The notes: generated by a model not told the origin, from the letters alone. A stretch of 64,000 nucleotides of DNA from Chlamydiota bacterium (GCA_041691035.1 JBEPVL010000004.1:10186-74185); one strand, 5' to 3'. Positions 1-9,824 are shown, counted from the first letter of the stretch. Program-made: numbers and translations.

Positions 1-801
1 GATGAAGTTTTACCCTCCAAACCTAAAAATGCTAGAGATACAAAACGGCATCTTGAATGGTGGAAAAAGAAAATCGGGAAATATGCACTGGGTTTGATTT
101 CTTATGATCTCGTGGATAAATATCGAAAAGAGCTAATTAACAGCCCAACTAATCGAGGTTGTAAACGCAATTCAGCGACAGTCAATCGCTATATGGCCTC
201 TCTATCAGTTGTTTTTACTTATGCGATAAAGCAATTGGGTTGGTTAAAGGAAAACCCTCTCTTTCGTTTTACAAAGCTTAAGGAATCAAAAGGAAGGCAA
301 CGGTTACTTACTCGAAATGAATGCGATCGCCTACTAGAGTCTTGTCAACAAAGTAAGAATAAAAACCTTCATTCTATCGTTATCTTAGCGATAGTAACAG
401 GAATGAGGCAAGCCGAAATACTTGGTTTGACTTGGGACAGCATGGATTTAAAGAATAAAGCAATTAGGTTGCAAGAAACGAAAAACGGCCGTTCACGTTC
501 TATACCCTTGATCAATGAATTTGTTCATTTTTTTGAGGAACTTGATCAGAAAAAATTGCCCTATCAAACACTTGTGTTTCCTGGCAGATCAGGGCTTAAA
601 AAAATTTCAATCAGAAAAGCATGGGATGAAGCTCTTATGCGTGCAGAGATATCTGAACTACACTTCCATGATCTCAGGCATGCTTTTTGTACGTACGCCT
701 CGCAAGAAGAAGGAAATCCGGCTCTACTTGCAAAGGCAACAGGGCATCAAACGCTAGATATGCTTCTTCGTTACACCACGAGTCCCTCAATGAACAAATA
801 G
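1..801 (+). CDS. tyrosine-type site-specific integrase, C-terminal part (5' end cut by window edge)
   Basis: The reading frame is open from base 1, in frame with the ORF at 94. Catalytic-domain motifs are present: TGMRQAEILGL, HDLRHAF, LLRY. It is a clear paralog of the integrase at 10530-11612, sharing TVNRY, KLKESKGR, LTGMR and TKNG. Confidence 0.85.
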   Translation, partial: DEVLPSKPKNARDTKRHLEWWKKKIGKYALGLISYDLVDKYRKELINSPTNRGCKRNSATVNRYMASLSVVFTYAIKQLGWLKENPLFRFTKLKESKGRQRLLTRNECDRLLESCQQSKNKNLHSIVILAIVTGMRQAEILGLTWDSMDLKNKAIRLQETKNGRSRSIPLINEFVHFFEELDQKKLPYQTLVFPGRSGLKKISIRKAWDEALMRAEISELHFHDLRHAFCTYASQEEGNPALLAKATGHQTLDMLLRYTTSPSMNK

Positions 802-1339
802 TTTTAGAGAATCTGGCTAGCCCCGTTGAAAAGCATTTTAAGGCTTTCATGAAATGCGCGACTCTCTCAGAAAATCCAAAACAGTCACAACCATATAAAC
901 CATTACCTGGAGAAAGCATTAAAATAGCTTTAGCGAAAGCAGTTATTTGTAGATACAGCCGAAAATTCGGAACATCGTACGATCTATTTCAATATTGGGA
1001 AGAGCAACTCCTGGCCCTTGTTTTTCAAGGCACTAATTGGTCTTTTGAAGAAAAGAATTCCTGCTTTATCCATGCACTAATACCAAATGAAAAAATTAAA
1101 AATACAATTCAAAATATGATATAAGAATTCCTTTTCAAATAAAGGAATTCTCATGTCGTCAAAGAACCCGATTTTTTTAGAAAAAAATCAAATACATAAC
1201 TTTAAACAATTAGCAAAACGTGCAGCTGAAAATTGATGATAAGGATCAAGATTTCTGGTATGATTTCTCTCAATTTAGAGAAGGAAAAGAGAATCATACA
1301 AATTATCTTTTTCGGTTTTTTTTAACAGATGAGTAAATA

Positions 1340-1930
1340 ATGAAAAATAAAGCCATTTCCCTATTAGCTGCGATATTTGTCATCACCTGCTTTTTGGGTT
1401 CTTTTACGTCTCTTTATGCCACTCAATTTAATCGGGAAGACATCATGAAAGATTACACAGTCATTAAAAAGCCATCCATCAATGTAATTGGAATCGAATG
1501 CAGAACATCAAATGCTCCTGAAAATGGCCCTCAAGACATTCCACGCCTTTGGGGACGATTTTATGGCGAAGATATCATTAATAAAATTCCAAACAAAGCC
1601 TCTAATGAGGTCATCGCTCTCTACTGTGATTATGAAGGTGATTATACACAGCCATATTCAATAGTGATAGGATGCCCTGTAACTTCTTTAAATAATATTC
1701 CCGAAGGAATGGTAGCAAAAACAATTCCTGCTGGATCATATGCCGTTTTTCGTGCCATTGGCGAATATCCCACAAGTCTGATTGAAACTTGGGGAAATAT
1801 TTGGCAAACAGAATTGAAGCGTACCTATACAGGTGATTACGAATTCTATGGAGAAAAGTTTTCTTCTGGATCACCTCAGGAAGTCGAAATCTATATTGCT
1901 ATTGAAAAAGAGACTCCTAATGATCATTAG
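1340..1930 (+). CDS. GyrI-like (AraC effector-binding domain) small-molecule binding protein with N-terminal signal/TM segment
   Basis: 196 aa. N-terminal hydrophobic stretch. The body matches the GyrI-like/AraC_E_bind fold (PRLW..FY, GxYAVF, EFY..). An AG-rich region sits before the ATG. Confidence 0.6.
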   Translation: MKNKAISLLAAIFVITCFLGSFTSLYATQFNREDIMKDYTVIKKPSINVIGIECRTSNAPENGPQDIPRLWGRFYGEDIINKIPNKASNEVIALYCDYEGDYTQPYSIVIGCPVTSLNNIPEGMVAKTIPAGSYAVFRAIGEYPTSLIETWGNIWQTELKRTYTGDYEFYGEKFSSGSPQEVEIYIAIEKETPNDH

Positions 1931-2471
1931 AACAAAACGTTTGATTCTTAGACCTTGGCATGAAGAAGACTTTGAGCTTTTTGCTCAGATGAATTCAGAT
2001 CCTCGTGTCATGGAATACTTTCCGTCAATACTAAGCCATCAGGAAAGTGATGACTTTGCTAAGCGCCTTTCTGCTAAATTACAAGAACAAGGATGGGGAT
2101 TGTGGGCTGTATCTATTCCAGGTTTTTCTAATTTCATTGGTTTTATAGGTCTTGCTGAGCCATCTTTTAGCTCTCATTTTACACCAGCGGTTGAAGTAGG
2201 GTGGCGTTTAGCTCATGAATTCTGGGGGCAAGGATATGCTACAGAAGGAGCTTTAGAAGTTCTTAAATTTGGATTTGAAAAACTCAACCTAAGCCAAATA
2301 GTCTCTTTTACAGCAGCTCAAAATTATCGTTCTATAGAAGTCATGAAAAGAATAGGTCTACATCATGATCCAGTGGATGACTTTGACCATCCTAAGCTTC
2401 CGGAAAGCCATATATTAAGACGCCATGTTTTATACCGCTTAAATCGTAACGAATGGATGGAACGATTATGA
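1920..2471 (+). CDS. GNAT family N-acetyltransferase (RimJ/RimL-like)
   Basis: The internal ATG at 1920 overlaps the upstream stop. The N-terminus KRLILRPWHEEDFELF and the later WGQGYATEGALEVLKFGFE are typical of RimL-type GNATs. Confidence 0.75.
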   Translation: MIIRTKRLILRPWHEEDFELFAQMNSDPRVMEYFPSILSHQESDDFAKRLSAKLQEQGWGLWAVSIPGFSNFIGFIGLAEPSFSSHFTPAVEVGWRLAHEFWGQGYATEGALEVLKFGFEKLNLSQIVSFTAAQNYRSIEVMKRIGLHHDPVDDFDHPKLPESHILRRHVLYRLNRNEWMERL

Positions 2472-3433
2472 CATGTTCTAGTATGTCTCATGACATGAAA
2501 AGAAATATCGAAGTTATCAGATACAATCCACAATGGCCTCAAGTGTTTGAATTAGAGGCAGAACTCATCAGACAAGCTCTGGGAAACAATTGCATCACTA
2601 TTCATCACATTGGCTCAACCTCAGTACCTGGTTTAAATGCTAAGCCCATAATTGATATCCTGCCTGTTGTAAAAAATATTCTAGAGGTTGATAAAGCGAC
2701 AAAAGCAATGGAAAACTTGGGATATGAAGCTAAAGGCGAATATGGAATTGCTTTTCGTCGTTATTTTCAAAAAGGCGAAAACATTAGAACCCATAATGTA
2801 CATGTTTATGAAGAAGGTGATCCCGAAATCAATCGATATTTAAAATTCCGTGATTGGATGCGTTCTCATGAAGATGACGCTCAGTCATATGCAAACCTCA
2901 AGATAGAATTAGCCGCAAAATTTCCTCAAGATATCCTGCAATATTGCAATGGAAAAGATACCTTTGTAGCAAATATTGATATCAAAGATGGTTTTGATGG
3001 ATGGCGCATGGTGCAAGCCTTAACCGATCGAGAATGGCTTACAGTACGCGATTTGCGTCAAAAATATTTTTTCAAATCAAATGAAGATCCTTACACATGG
3101 ACTTTCAAGCATAAAGATCATATTCATTTTGTTTTCTATAAGAATTCGGACATCATCGGTTACACACACCTCCAACTTTGGCCTGAGAATAGAGCTGCAT
3201 TGCGAATTATTGTGATCGATGAGAGTTATCGTAATCGTGGATTTGGAAGCCAATTTCTGAATTTGTGTGAGCGTTGGTTATGCCATCAAGGCTTTAAAAT
3301 ACTATTGATTCAATCCTCACCAGAAGCATACAAATTCTATTGCCAACATGAATATGTAAAAATGCCATTCAATGATCCAGATGGTTACGAAACAGACCCA
3401 AGAGATATAGAAATAGGTAAATTGCTTGTATGA
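2453..3433 (+). CDS. GrpB-family (UPF0157, nucleotidyltransferase-like) domain fused to a C-terminal GNAT acetyltransferase domain
   Basis: The N-terminal half has the GrpB signature IHHIGSTSVPGLNAKPIIDIL. The C-terminal half has the GNAT motif RNRGFGSQFLNLCERW. The start is ambiguous, with in-frame ATGs from 2453 to 2495. Confidence 0.65.
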   Translation: MDGTIMTCSSMSHDMKRNIEVIRYNPQWPQVFELEAELIRQALGNNCITIHHIGSTSVPGLNAKPIIDILPVVKNILEVDKATKAMENLGYEAKGEYGIAFRRYFQKGENIRTHNVHVYEEGDPEINRYLKFRDWMRSHEDDAQSYANLKIELAAKFPQDILQYCNGKDTFVANIDIKDGFDGWRMVQALTDREWLTVRDLRQKYFFKSNEDPYTWTFKHKDHIHFVFYKNSDIIGYTHLQLWPENRAALRIIVIDESYRNRGFGSQFLNLCERWLCHQGFKILLIQSSPEAYKFYCQHEYVKMPFNDPDGYETDPRDIEIGKLLV

Positions 3434-3966
3434 CTGAAAAAACACAACCTAAAATTTCCGTCTACATAGCAATGAGCATTGATGGATATATTGCTCGAAA
3501 AGATGGCAGCTTAGATTGGCTTGAAAGAGGCCATGTGGGAGATGAGGACTATGGCTTTAAGAAATTTTTCAATAGCATTGATGCATTAGTGCTCGGCAAG
3601 AATACCTATGAGGTAGTTTCTAGTTTTGATAAGTGGCCATATAGCGGTAAAAAAGTCATCGTTCTTAGTAGCACATTGAAAACGGTTAGACAAGAAGCAG
3701 AGCTGTTTTGCGGCCAACTGTCAAACCTAGGATCTAGGCTTTATTCTGAAGGCGTCAAGCATGTTTGGGTGGATGGAGGAGTTACGGTATCTAAATTTTT
3801 AGAATCTGGACTTGTAGATCATATAACAATATCAGTAATTCCAGTCGTGTTAGGATCAGGTATTCCTCTCTTCAGTGTTATGAATAATGAGCAACTATGT
3901 CGCTTTATATCCACACAATCTTATCCTAGCGGTTTGGTGCAATTGCGTTATGAGGTGATCAAGTGA
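3430..3966 (+). CDS. RibD C-terminal domain / dihydrofolate reductase-family protein
   Basis: 178 aa. YIAMSIDGYIARKDGSLDWL matches the RibD_C / bacterial bifunctional deaminase-reductase C-terminal family. The start overlaps the upstream stop. Confidence 0.7.
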   Translation: MTEKTQPKISVYIAMSIDGYIARKDGSLDWLERGHVGDEDYGFKKFFNSIDALVLGKNTYEVVSSFDKWPYSGKKVIVLSSTLKTVRQEAELFCGQLSNLGSRLYSEGVKHVWVDGGVTVSKFLESGLVDHITISVIPVVLGSGIPLFSVMNNEQLCRFISTQSYPSGLVQLRYEVIK

Positions 3967-4829
3967 CTCTTGAAGCTCAGAAGTACGTAATCAAAAATGA
4001 TGACACTATTCGTGTAGCTGCTTACCAAGCAACTCCTAAAGTTTCAATTGATGAACGAATGCAGCAAGTTTTGCAAGCTTTAGAGTATGCCGATCAAGAA
4101 GAGATTGATTTTCTTTGTTTTCCTGAAGGGTTCTTAACTGGCTATTACGCAGAAAAGAAACTCGCTGAACAAAATTCAATCGCAATTACCAGTACTGAAT
4201 TTAGAAATTTTCTGGTCCGAGTAGCTTCATTTACAGCCACCTTCATCATCGGTTTTAATGAGAGAGCTGGTGACAAAATTTTCGATTCAGCGGTGATTAT
4301 CGAAAAAGGCGAGATCGTGGGGATTCAAAGAAAGCACTATCTGTATCATGACTATTTTACCTCCGACAACCACTTTTCTGTCTTTCAAAGCAAAGGGATT
4401 ACCTTTGGTGTAGTCATATGTCTAGATACTAATTATTTTGAGCCTTCGCGACTTTTAGCTCTTCAAGGAGCAACGATCTTGTTTACTCCTATGTGCAATA
4501 AAGTGCCTTTAGATCATCCTTTTGTCAATCGCCCAGCGTATTATAGTCAATTTGTTGCACGGACCCATGAAAACCGTTGCTGGCTTGTAGGTGCAGATTG
4601 GGTTTGGTCTAATGATGGGAAAACTACTTGTCCAGGTCATAGTGCAATTTATGATCCAGATGGTCGCGAAATCATACGTAGTCAAGAAGGAAGAGAACAT
4701 CTCATTGTCACCGACATTTCAAGGGATCGTTTATTTCACGAAAAAGGCCGAAGGATACATGGAAGTCCTATTTTGGCTCGGACATTGAATACACTTCTTG
4801 CCAGTGAACAATTTTCCCTAAATCGTTGA
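3963..4829 (+). CDS. carbon-nitrogen hydrolase (nitrilase superfamily)
   Basis: 288 aa. The EGF..GY region and the catalytic Cys context VVICLD (Glu-Lys-Cys triad pattern) are present. It is translationally coupled to the upstream gene. Confidence 0.7.
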   Translation: MTLEAQKYVIKNDDTIRVAAYQATPKVSIDERMQQVLQALEYADQEEIDFLCFPEGFLTGYYAEKKLAEQNSIAITSTEFRNFLVRVASFTATFIIGFNERAGDKIFDSAVIIEKGEIVGIQRKHYLYHDYFTSDNHFSVFQSKGITFGVVICLDTNYFEPSRLLALQGATILFTPMCNKVPLDHPFVNRPAYYSQFVARTHENRCWLVGADWVWSNDGKTTCPGHSAIYDPDGREIIRSQEGREHLIVTDISRDRLFHEKGRRIHGSPILARTLNTLLASEQFSLNR

Positions 4830-5802
4830 ACTTAATAAGCATGATTGCATTAAAAACATCCACTTTTCCTTGTAAACGCTTTACTGTGGCCTTTAATGGC
4901 ATGACGACCGTTGATCCCATGCTGAGATACTCTTGAACCTGATAGTCAATGGTGGCAATGTCTGAACGGAAATTATTAAGAAATTCATAATAGCCTTGAT
5001 AATTTGTATCATATTTTCTGCCGTTTGCTATAACCACAAATTCAGAGGCAAACAGTTCTTTTATATCATTGACACTTAGTTCAGATTGACTTCTCAACTT
5101 CTCTTTATTCCATTCCAATAAACGCTTTCCCTTCGAAATATAAAAATTGGATTCAGTTACTTTACCTGTTGAGGCGCCCAACTTTTCGAGGATAAAATCA
5201 ACTCTTTCTTTAACGGAAACTTTTGGAATAAGAACTGTCTCATAGCCAAAATTTTTGTACTTAATAAGAAGCTCATCAAATTCTTTTTTTGCAGACTCAA
5301 AACTATGCTTCCTCTCTGCATCACATGTGAAAATCTCTTCCCAAGGTGGTACCAAAAATACTAAACGATTGTACCTGAAATTTTTCGCTGCGTTTTGGAA
5401 ATATTCAGGCTGTGAAGTATTCAACTGAACTGAATCAATAATGCCCCGATCGAAAAAGACTAATTGCTTTTGTTCCTTCTGAGTGTTAAACTGAAAGAGA
5501 TAACGCGATAGTGCCAGATCAAGAAATTTTTCAAGATTGATCCAAGGTAAGGCGTTTCCATTGATTGCTGTTTGCTCTTTCACTATTTGACGTCCTGGCT
5601 CTAGAACGACTGAATAGCCTCTATTTTCAAGCTCAGATAGTAGCGTAGACTTCCCTCCACCAGAACATCCAGAAATGATCACATAATTGTTTTTGACAAC
5701 TGGAAAATTTGTTTCGTTCAAATAGGTATTTTCTATAGTTTGACCAGATATATTTGGACTCATAGACAAGCACCCCAATAGAATTATTATAAATATTTTC
5801 AT
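4768..5802 (-). CDS. P-loop NTPase (AAA_28-like) with C-terminal NTF2-like extension; possible N-terminal signal peptide or a later start at Met14
   Basis: Walker A motif ISGCSGGGKSTLL. 344 aa. It is the last gene of the SRPBCC-MarR-EVE-ATPase minus-strand cluster. Confidence 0.55.
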   Translation of the reverse strand: MKIFIIILLGCLSMSPNISGQTIENTYLNETNFPVVKNNYVIISGCSGGGKSTLLSELENRGYSVVLEPGRQIVKEQTAINGNALPWINLEKFLDLALSRYLFQFNTQKEQKQLVFFDRGIIDSVQLNTSQPEYFQNAAKNFRYNRLVFLVPPWEEIFTCDAERKHSFESAKKEFDELLIKYKNFGYETVLIPKVSVKERVDFILEKLGASTGKVTESNFYISKGKRLLEWNKEKLRSQSELSVNDIKELFASEFVVIANGRKYDTNYQGYYEFLNNFRSDIATIDYQVQEYLSMGSTVVMPLKATVKRLQGKVDVFNAIMLIKFNDLGKIVHWQEVYSMSEPK

Positions 5803-5836
5803 CTAAAATTCTCATTCATAAACTTTTTCCTATCCA

Positions 5837-6295
5837 CTAATCATCGTCTGAAGCAGCTTGCATGTCAAGCTCCATCCATGTCTCTAAGCCCATCAAAAAA
5901 GCAATTTTTCTAAAGTCTGCTTCTGAAATAGAAAAACAACCTCTTCGAAAGGGAAACCCCCACCTTCTATTATCTTGAATGAAATCAAGCTCCTCTATTA
6001 AGGGGAGGATAGATATTTCTTTGCATGGCATAAAATTAACATCTCTTCTGAAGGGGGTGAAATCAGAACTCATTTGAAATGAATACGGTTTTCCTTCTTG
6101 AATTTGTCCTATGGCTGTAAATGCTTGGCAGGGAGTTTTCTCACCAAATTTTATAGTCGGAGAATAATAAACGATCCAGTCTTGTGACGACATTTGTTTC
6201 AAAGGACTTTCTTTTCCATGACAGACTTGAGCAAACCCTCCTTCAACTCCACGCATAACATGCTCTTTGCTAGCGACTCCTATCCAGTAACGCAT
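5837..6295 (-). CDS. EVE (PUA-like) domain protein
   Basis: 152 aa. The N-terminus MRYWIGVASKEHV and the overall pattern fit the EVE domain. Confidence 0.6.
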   Translation of the reverse strand: MRYWIGVASKEHVMRGVEGGFAQVCHGKESPLKQMSSQDWIVYYSPTIKFGEKTPCQAFTAIGQIQEGKPYSFQMSSDFTPFRRDVNFMPCKEISILPLIEELDFIQDNRRWGFPFRRGCFSISEADFRKIAFLMGLETWMELDMQAASDDD

Positions 6296-6311
6296 TTATT
6301 TCTCCTGCAAT

Positions 6312-6773
6312 TTAGTCATCTGCCAATTTCTGCAAAATATTGATATATTCATTTGTTGTCTCCAAACCCAATTTGCCAAAAAAATCATCGTCTACTTTTT
6401 CAACAAGAGGTATTGCCTGTTCAACTAGTTTAGTACCTTTTTCAGTAAGTCTAGGAAGTTTAGAACGCTCATCACCTTCACGTCGATGTCGTTCAATATA
6501 TCCTTTTTGTTCAAGAGAGCGTAAAACTTGTGATGTCATGTTAACGTCGGTTCCACAGTGACGTGCAAGCTCCACTTGAGTAACATCGTTATGATGACGA
6601 GTTAGCCAGCCAAGACTAGCTAACAAGACGAATTGGGGATGCGTGAGATTCAAGGTAGCAAGAGCGGCTTCAATTTCTCTTCGCCACTTCGTGCTTACTT
6701 GCCACAGCAAAAATCCAGGACTTTTCTCTGGCCCTTCAAAGTGACTAATCTTTTTCCAAGCTATGTCTTTCAT
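6312..6773 (-). CDS. MarR family transcriptional regulator
   Basis: 153 aa. Winged-helix region THPQFVLLASLGWL...SQVLRSLEQKGYIERHRR. Confidence 0.75.
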   Translation of the reverse strand: MKDIAWKKISHFEGPEKSPGFLLWQVSTKWRREIEAALATLNLTHPQFVLLASLGWLTRHHNDVTQVELARHCGTDVNMTSQVLRSLEQKGYIERHRREGDERSKLPRLTEKGTKLVEQAIPLVEKVDDDFFGKLGLETTNEYINILQKLADD

Positions 6774-7222
6774 TAAATGCTCTTTTGCAATTTTAAACTT
6801 TCAGCTTTTTTAATCATTGCCTCCATTTCTTGCGGAAGATTTATTTTCATATTTCGTCCTATTACAAAGGCGAAGAAAAAAGCTAATGGGCCTGTCATTT
6901 CAATTTGATGAGTCACATGAGTTTTACCATTTGATTCGGTTAAGAAATGGGAGACAATAATACGAGCAAGGGTAAGTTTCGCTTCATCAATGAACAATTT
7001 CTTCGGCTCGACAGCCGTAAGCTTAGTGTGCACCAATGGACCACCCTTTGGTTTCAAGGTTCCAGTCGCTCCTGTTTTGAAAGGCCCATCGATAGTGCTG
7101 AATTCTATACCATGATCCCACGTATTCCAATTAGTTACGTCCTGCCAAATCTCCCAGATAGCTTCTGGAGAAGCTGTTGTTTTAACGGTATGTTTAATGA
7201 TTAACACAGTAATTCTCCTCAC
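6773..7222 (-). CDS. SRPBCC (START/Bet v1-like, polyketide-cyclase/AHSA1-type) protein
   Basis: 149 aa with the SRPBCC fold pattern. Its stop overlaps the MarR start, indicating an operon. Confidence 0.55.
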   Translation of the reverse strand: MRRITVLIIKHTVKTTASPEAIWEIWQDVTNWNTWDHGIEFSTIDGPFKTGATGTLKPKGGPLVHTKLTAVEPKKLFIDEAKLTLARIIVSHFLTESNGKTHVTHQIEMTGPLAFFFAFVIGRNMKINLPQEMEAMIKKAESLKLQKSI

Positions 7223-7359
7223 TCTTATTTAATACGCAAGCATATCATATGCATACATGCAATATTTCGCAAGAGTTGTTTACTAGATTAACTTAACAAA
7301 AAAACCCAGTTGATGTTATTGGGTGTTTTTGTTAAGTTAAAGAAAAAGGAGGATACTTT

Positions 7360-7956
7360 ATGAGACCTCAAGCCTGCTTACAGCTGCTTATCCCATTACT
7401 CAACCAACCATCCTTTACATCGAAGGAAGCGAAGCTTCTTGGAGTTGCAGCCTCGGTATTAAGCCATTATCTTAAGGCTGGAAAACTAAAAAGGATTCGT
7501 CGCGGAGTCTATCAGGCAATTGACTATCAAAATTCCGAGGCTTTCCGCTGGCTAGATCTTATAGAGGTTGTTCATTCTATTAATGGTGGGGTGGTATGTC
7601 TGATTTCCGCCCTAGCTGTGTATGATTTAACCGAAGAGATCCCACGTCAACATTGGATTGGGATTCGGCACGGTACTTCAGCTCGAAGTAGCCGTCAAAT
7701 TAAAATCGTTCGTTTTCGTGACCTCGATTTAGGCAAAATCGAAATCGAACTAGAAGGAACTCTCGTTCCAATTTTTGACAGGGAACGAACCATTATAGAT
7801 GCGTTTCGGCTCTTAAGTCGGGAAACCGCCATTAAGGCTTTAAAATCAGCCGTGGCACAAGGCGGGAAAAGCCGTATCGATCTAATAAAACTTGAAGCAT
7901 ATGCTAAAAAGCTTCAATTCGACATTTCACCTTATTTACTGAGTATAACCACATGA
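7360..7956 (+). CDS. abiEi: AbiEi-family antitoxin (type IV TA / abortive infection AbiE component)
   Basis: 198 aa. Similar to the second AbiEi-like ORF at 18369-19073 (shared RG.Y and L.SAL.. context). Immediately followed by an AbiEii nucleotidyltransferase with a 4-nt overlap. A GGAG RBS is present. Confidence 0.7.
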   Translation: MRPQACLQLLIPLLNQPSFTSKEAKLLGVAASVLSHYLKAGKLKRIRRGVYQAIDYQNSEAFRWLDLIEVVHSINGGVVCLISALAVYDLTEEIPRQHWIGIRHGTSARSSRQIKIVRFRDLDLGKIEIELEGTLVPIFDRERTIIDAFRLLSRETAIKALKSAVAQGGKSRIDLIKLEAYAKKLQFDISPYLLSITT

Positions 7957-8807
7957 TAAATGAACAAGCGCTTAAAGACAGACTGCAAACCATTGCTAAA
8001 GAAAAAGAAATTCCCTTCAATGCTTGCTGGAAGCAACTTCTTCTAGAAAGATTTCTAGCACGGTTAGCGCGCTCTTCCCACGTCGATAAATTTATATTTA
8101 AGGGCGGATTTCTGCTTTCCTATATGATGAAAATAGGAAGAGAAACGGTCGATCTCGATTTTCTTTTGACACGTATGAATGCGGAAGTAAAAGGGCTTCA
8201 AAAAGTCTTTGAAGAAATTGTATCAATATCATCAAACGATGGATTCACTTTTACCTTTGAGAGCATAGAACTACTTCCTCAGCCGCATATGGAATATCCA
8301 GGGTATCGCACAATTTTCAAATCCTCTTTTGCTAAGATGAAAGATAAAATCCATGTGGATGTTGGCGTTGGCGATATCGTAGAACCACAGAATCGAGAAA
8401 TTAAGCTTTTTGAATATCGTGGAAAACCATTTTTCGAAGAATCAATTTCTCTTTTAGTCTATCCTATCGAAACGATTTTCGCAGAAAAACTGGAAACAGT
8501 GCTCTCAAAAGGTTCAAGGAATAGTCGAATGAAGGATTTTCATGATCTGCTTTTACTCCTACGTGACAAAAGCTTACACAGTTCAAAGACGCTGCATGAG
8601 GATGTGAAAAAGACATTTGATAATCGAGGCACCGTCTTGAAACCTATCCAGTTCGATGAATTAGGTCAAAAAGCTCTTCAACAGCTTTGGACTGCCCATC
8701 TTCAAGGTCTTGGTGATATGGCCAAAGAACTTGATCTACCTGATAACATTGCAGAAGCTATAGCTGTAATCAATTCTGGAATACAACCTGTCATTAGCCA
8801 ATCTTAA
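7953..8807 (+). CDS. abiEii: AbiEii/AbiGii-family nucleotidyltransferase toxin
   Basis: 284 aa. N-terminal ERFLARL...KFIFKGGFLL...DLDF motif typical of the AbiEii NTase family. ATGA overlap with AbiEi. Confidence 0.7.
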   Translation: MINEQALKDRLQTIAKEKEIPFNACWKQLLLERFLARLARSSHVDKFIFKGGFLLSYMMKIGRETVDLDFLLTRMNAEVKGLQKVFEEIVSISSNDGFTFTFESIELLPQPHMEYPGYRTIFKSSFAKMKDKIHVDVGVGDIVEPQNREIKLFEYRGKPFFEESISLLVYPIETIFAEKLETVLSKGSRNSRMKDFHDLLLLLRDKSLHSSKTLHEDVKKTFDNRGTVLKPIQFDELGQKALQQLWTAHLQGLGDMAKELDLPDNIAEAIAVINSGIQPVISQS

Positions 8808-8819
8808 GCGAGTTCAAAT

Positions 8820-9782
8820 ATGCGTACTTTTATTGATGAGGCTGGGATATTTATTGATCCTGCCAAAACAAACCTTAACAAAGTCTCAGTTGTGGGTGGT
8901 CTTGTTATTCCAGATGATACTTATGAATCGGTTCTAGATTCATTCCGTTTTTTGAAACAAAGATGGGGTGTTTCTGGCGAAGTGAAAGGAAATGATTTAA
9001 ATGAACCCCAAGTAAACGAATTGATACAGGAGCTTCAGAAGCACAATGTTCTATTTGATGCAGTAATAACCGATGCAAAATTTTTAGATGACTCAACTAT
9101 TGCAAAACATAAATTGGGTTTTTCAACACATTTGATAAATAACATTTCCCCATATCATCACCCAAATCTAGCGCAACAAATCAGAGGCCTTAGTACAACA
9201 ATACCTGAGCTTTCAGATCAGCTCTATATTCAAAGTCTTGCGATGACATCTCTCATTCATCGTATTCATCAACATTCTACTCTTTTCTATGTACAAAGAT
9301 TCCCTAAAGAGCTGTCGCGATTTACGTGGATAATCGATGCTAAACAACAATCGTTAACAAAAGCTGAAAAATGGTGGAAAAATGTCTTAAAACCCGTTCT
9401 GCAAGGGATGAGCATTAAAGATCCTCTAATCATGTTAAATGAGGCAGATTACACCCACTACGAGTATTTTGATGCTAAAGACGGTTCGAAAGGCTTGGGC
9501 ACAGATATCAATAAAGTAATGGCAGATCTTACTTTTTGTAATTCCAAAAATGAGGAGGGACTGCAACTCGCAGATATTCTAACGACATCTTTAAGAAAAG
9601 CTCTAAATGGTAAATTTCAAGAAGGTGGATGGAGGGATATGGGAAAAATTATGATCCAAGGAAATGGGCAAAATATATTGGCAATTGTATTAGGAGATGA
9701 TATGCCAATATCTCAACGAGTTCCCTATTTTCATATAATACATAAATTGAATAGGGTAGGCCGTCCACTTATTCTTGATTGA
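8820..9782 (+). CDS. DUF3800-family protein (predicted RNase H-like fold), co-operonic with AbiE pair
   Basis: 320 aa. N-terminal FIDEAG (DUF3800 IDESG-type motif) and C-terminal GLQLADIL motif. Starts 12 bp after the abiEii stop on the same strand. Confidence 0.5.
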   Translation: MRTFIDEAGIFIDPAKTNLNKVSVVGGLVIPDDTYESVLDSFRFLKQRWGVSGEVKGNDLNEPQVNELIQELQKHNVLFDAVITDAKFLDDSTIAKHKLGFSTHLINNISPYHHPNLAQQIRGLSTTIPELSDQLYIQSLAMTSLIHRIHQHSTLFYVQRFPKELSRFTWIIDAKQQSLTKAEKWWKNVLKPVLQGMSIKDPLIMLNEADYTHYEYFDAKDGSKGLGTDINKVMADLTFCNSKNEEGLQLADILTTSLRKALNGKFQEGGWRDMGKIMIQGNGQNILAIVLGDDMPISQRVPYFHIIHKLNRVGRPLILD

Positions 9783-9824
9783 GGAATCTGTGATGACGAT
9801 GAATCTCATTATTACCTTTGTTTT

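Noticed and set aside
687-1124. 145-aa ORF overlapping the integrase 3' end in another frame
   Set aside because: It overlaps a well-supported integrase CDS and has no domain signal. It is probably non-coding. The region 1127-1190 instead holds two short palindromes.
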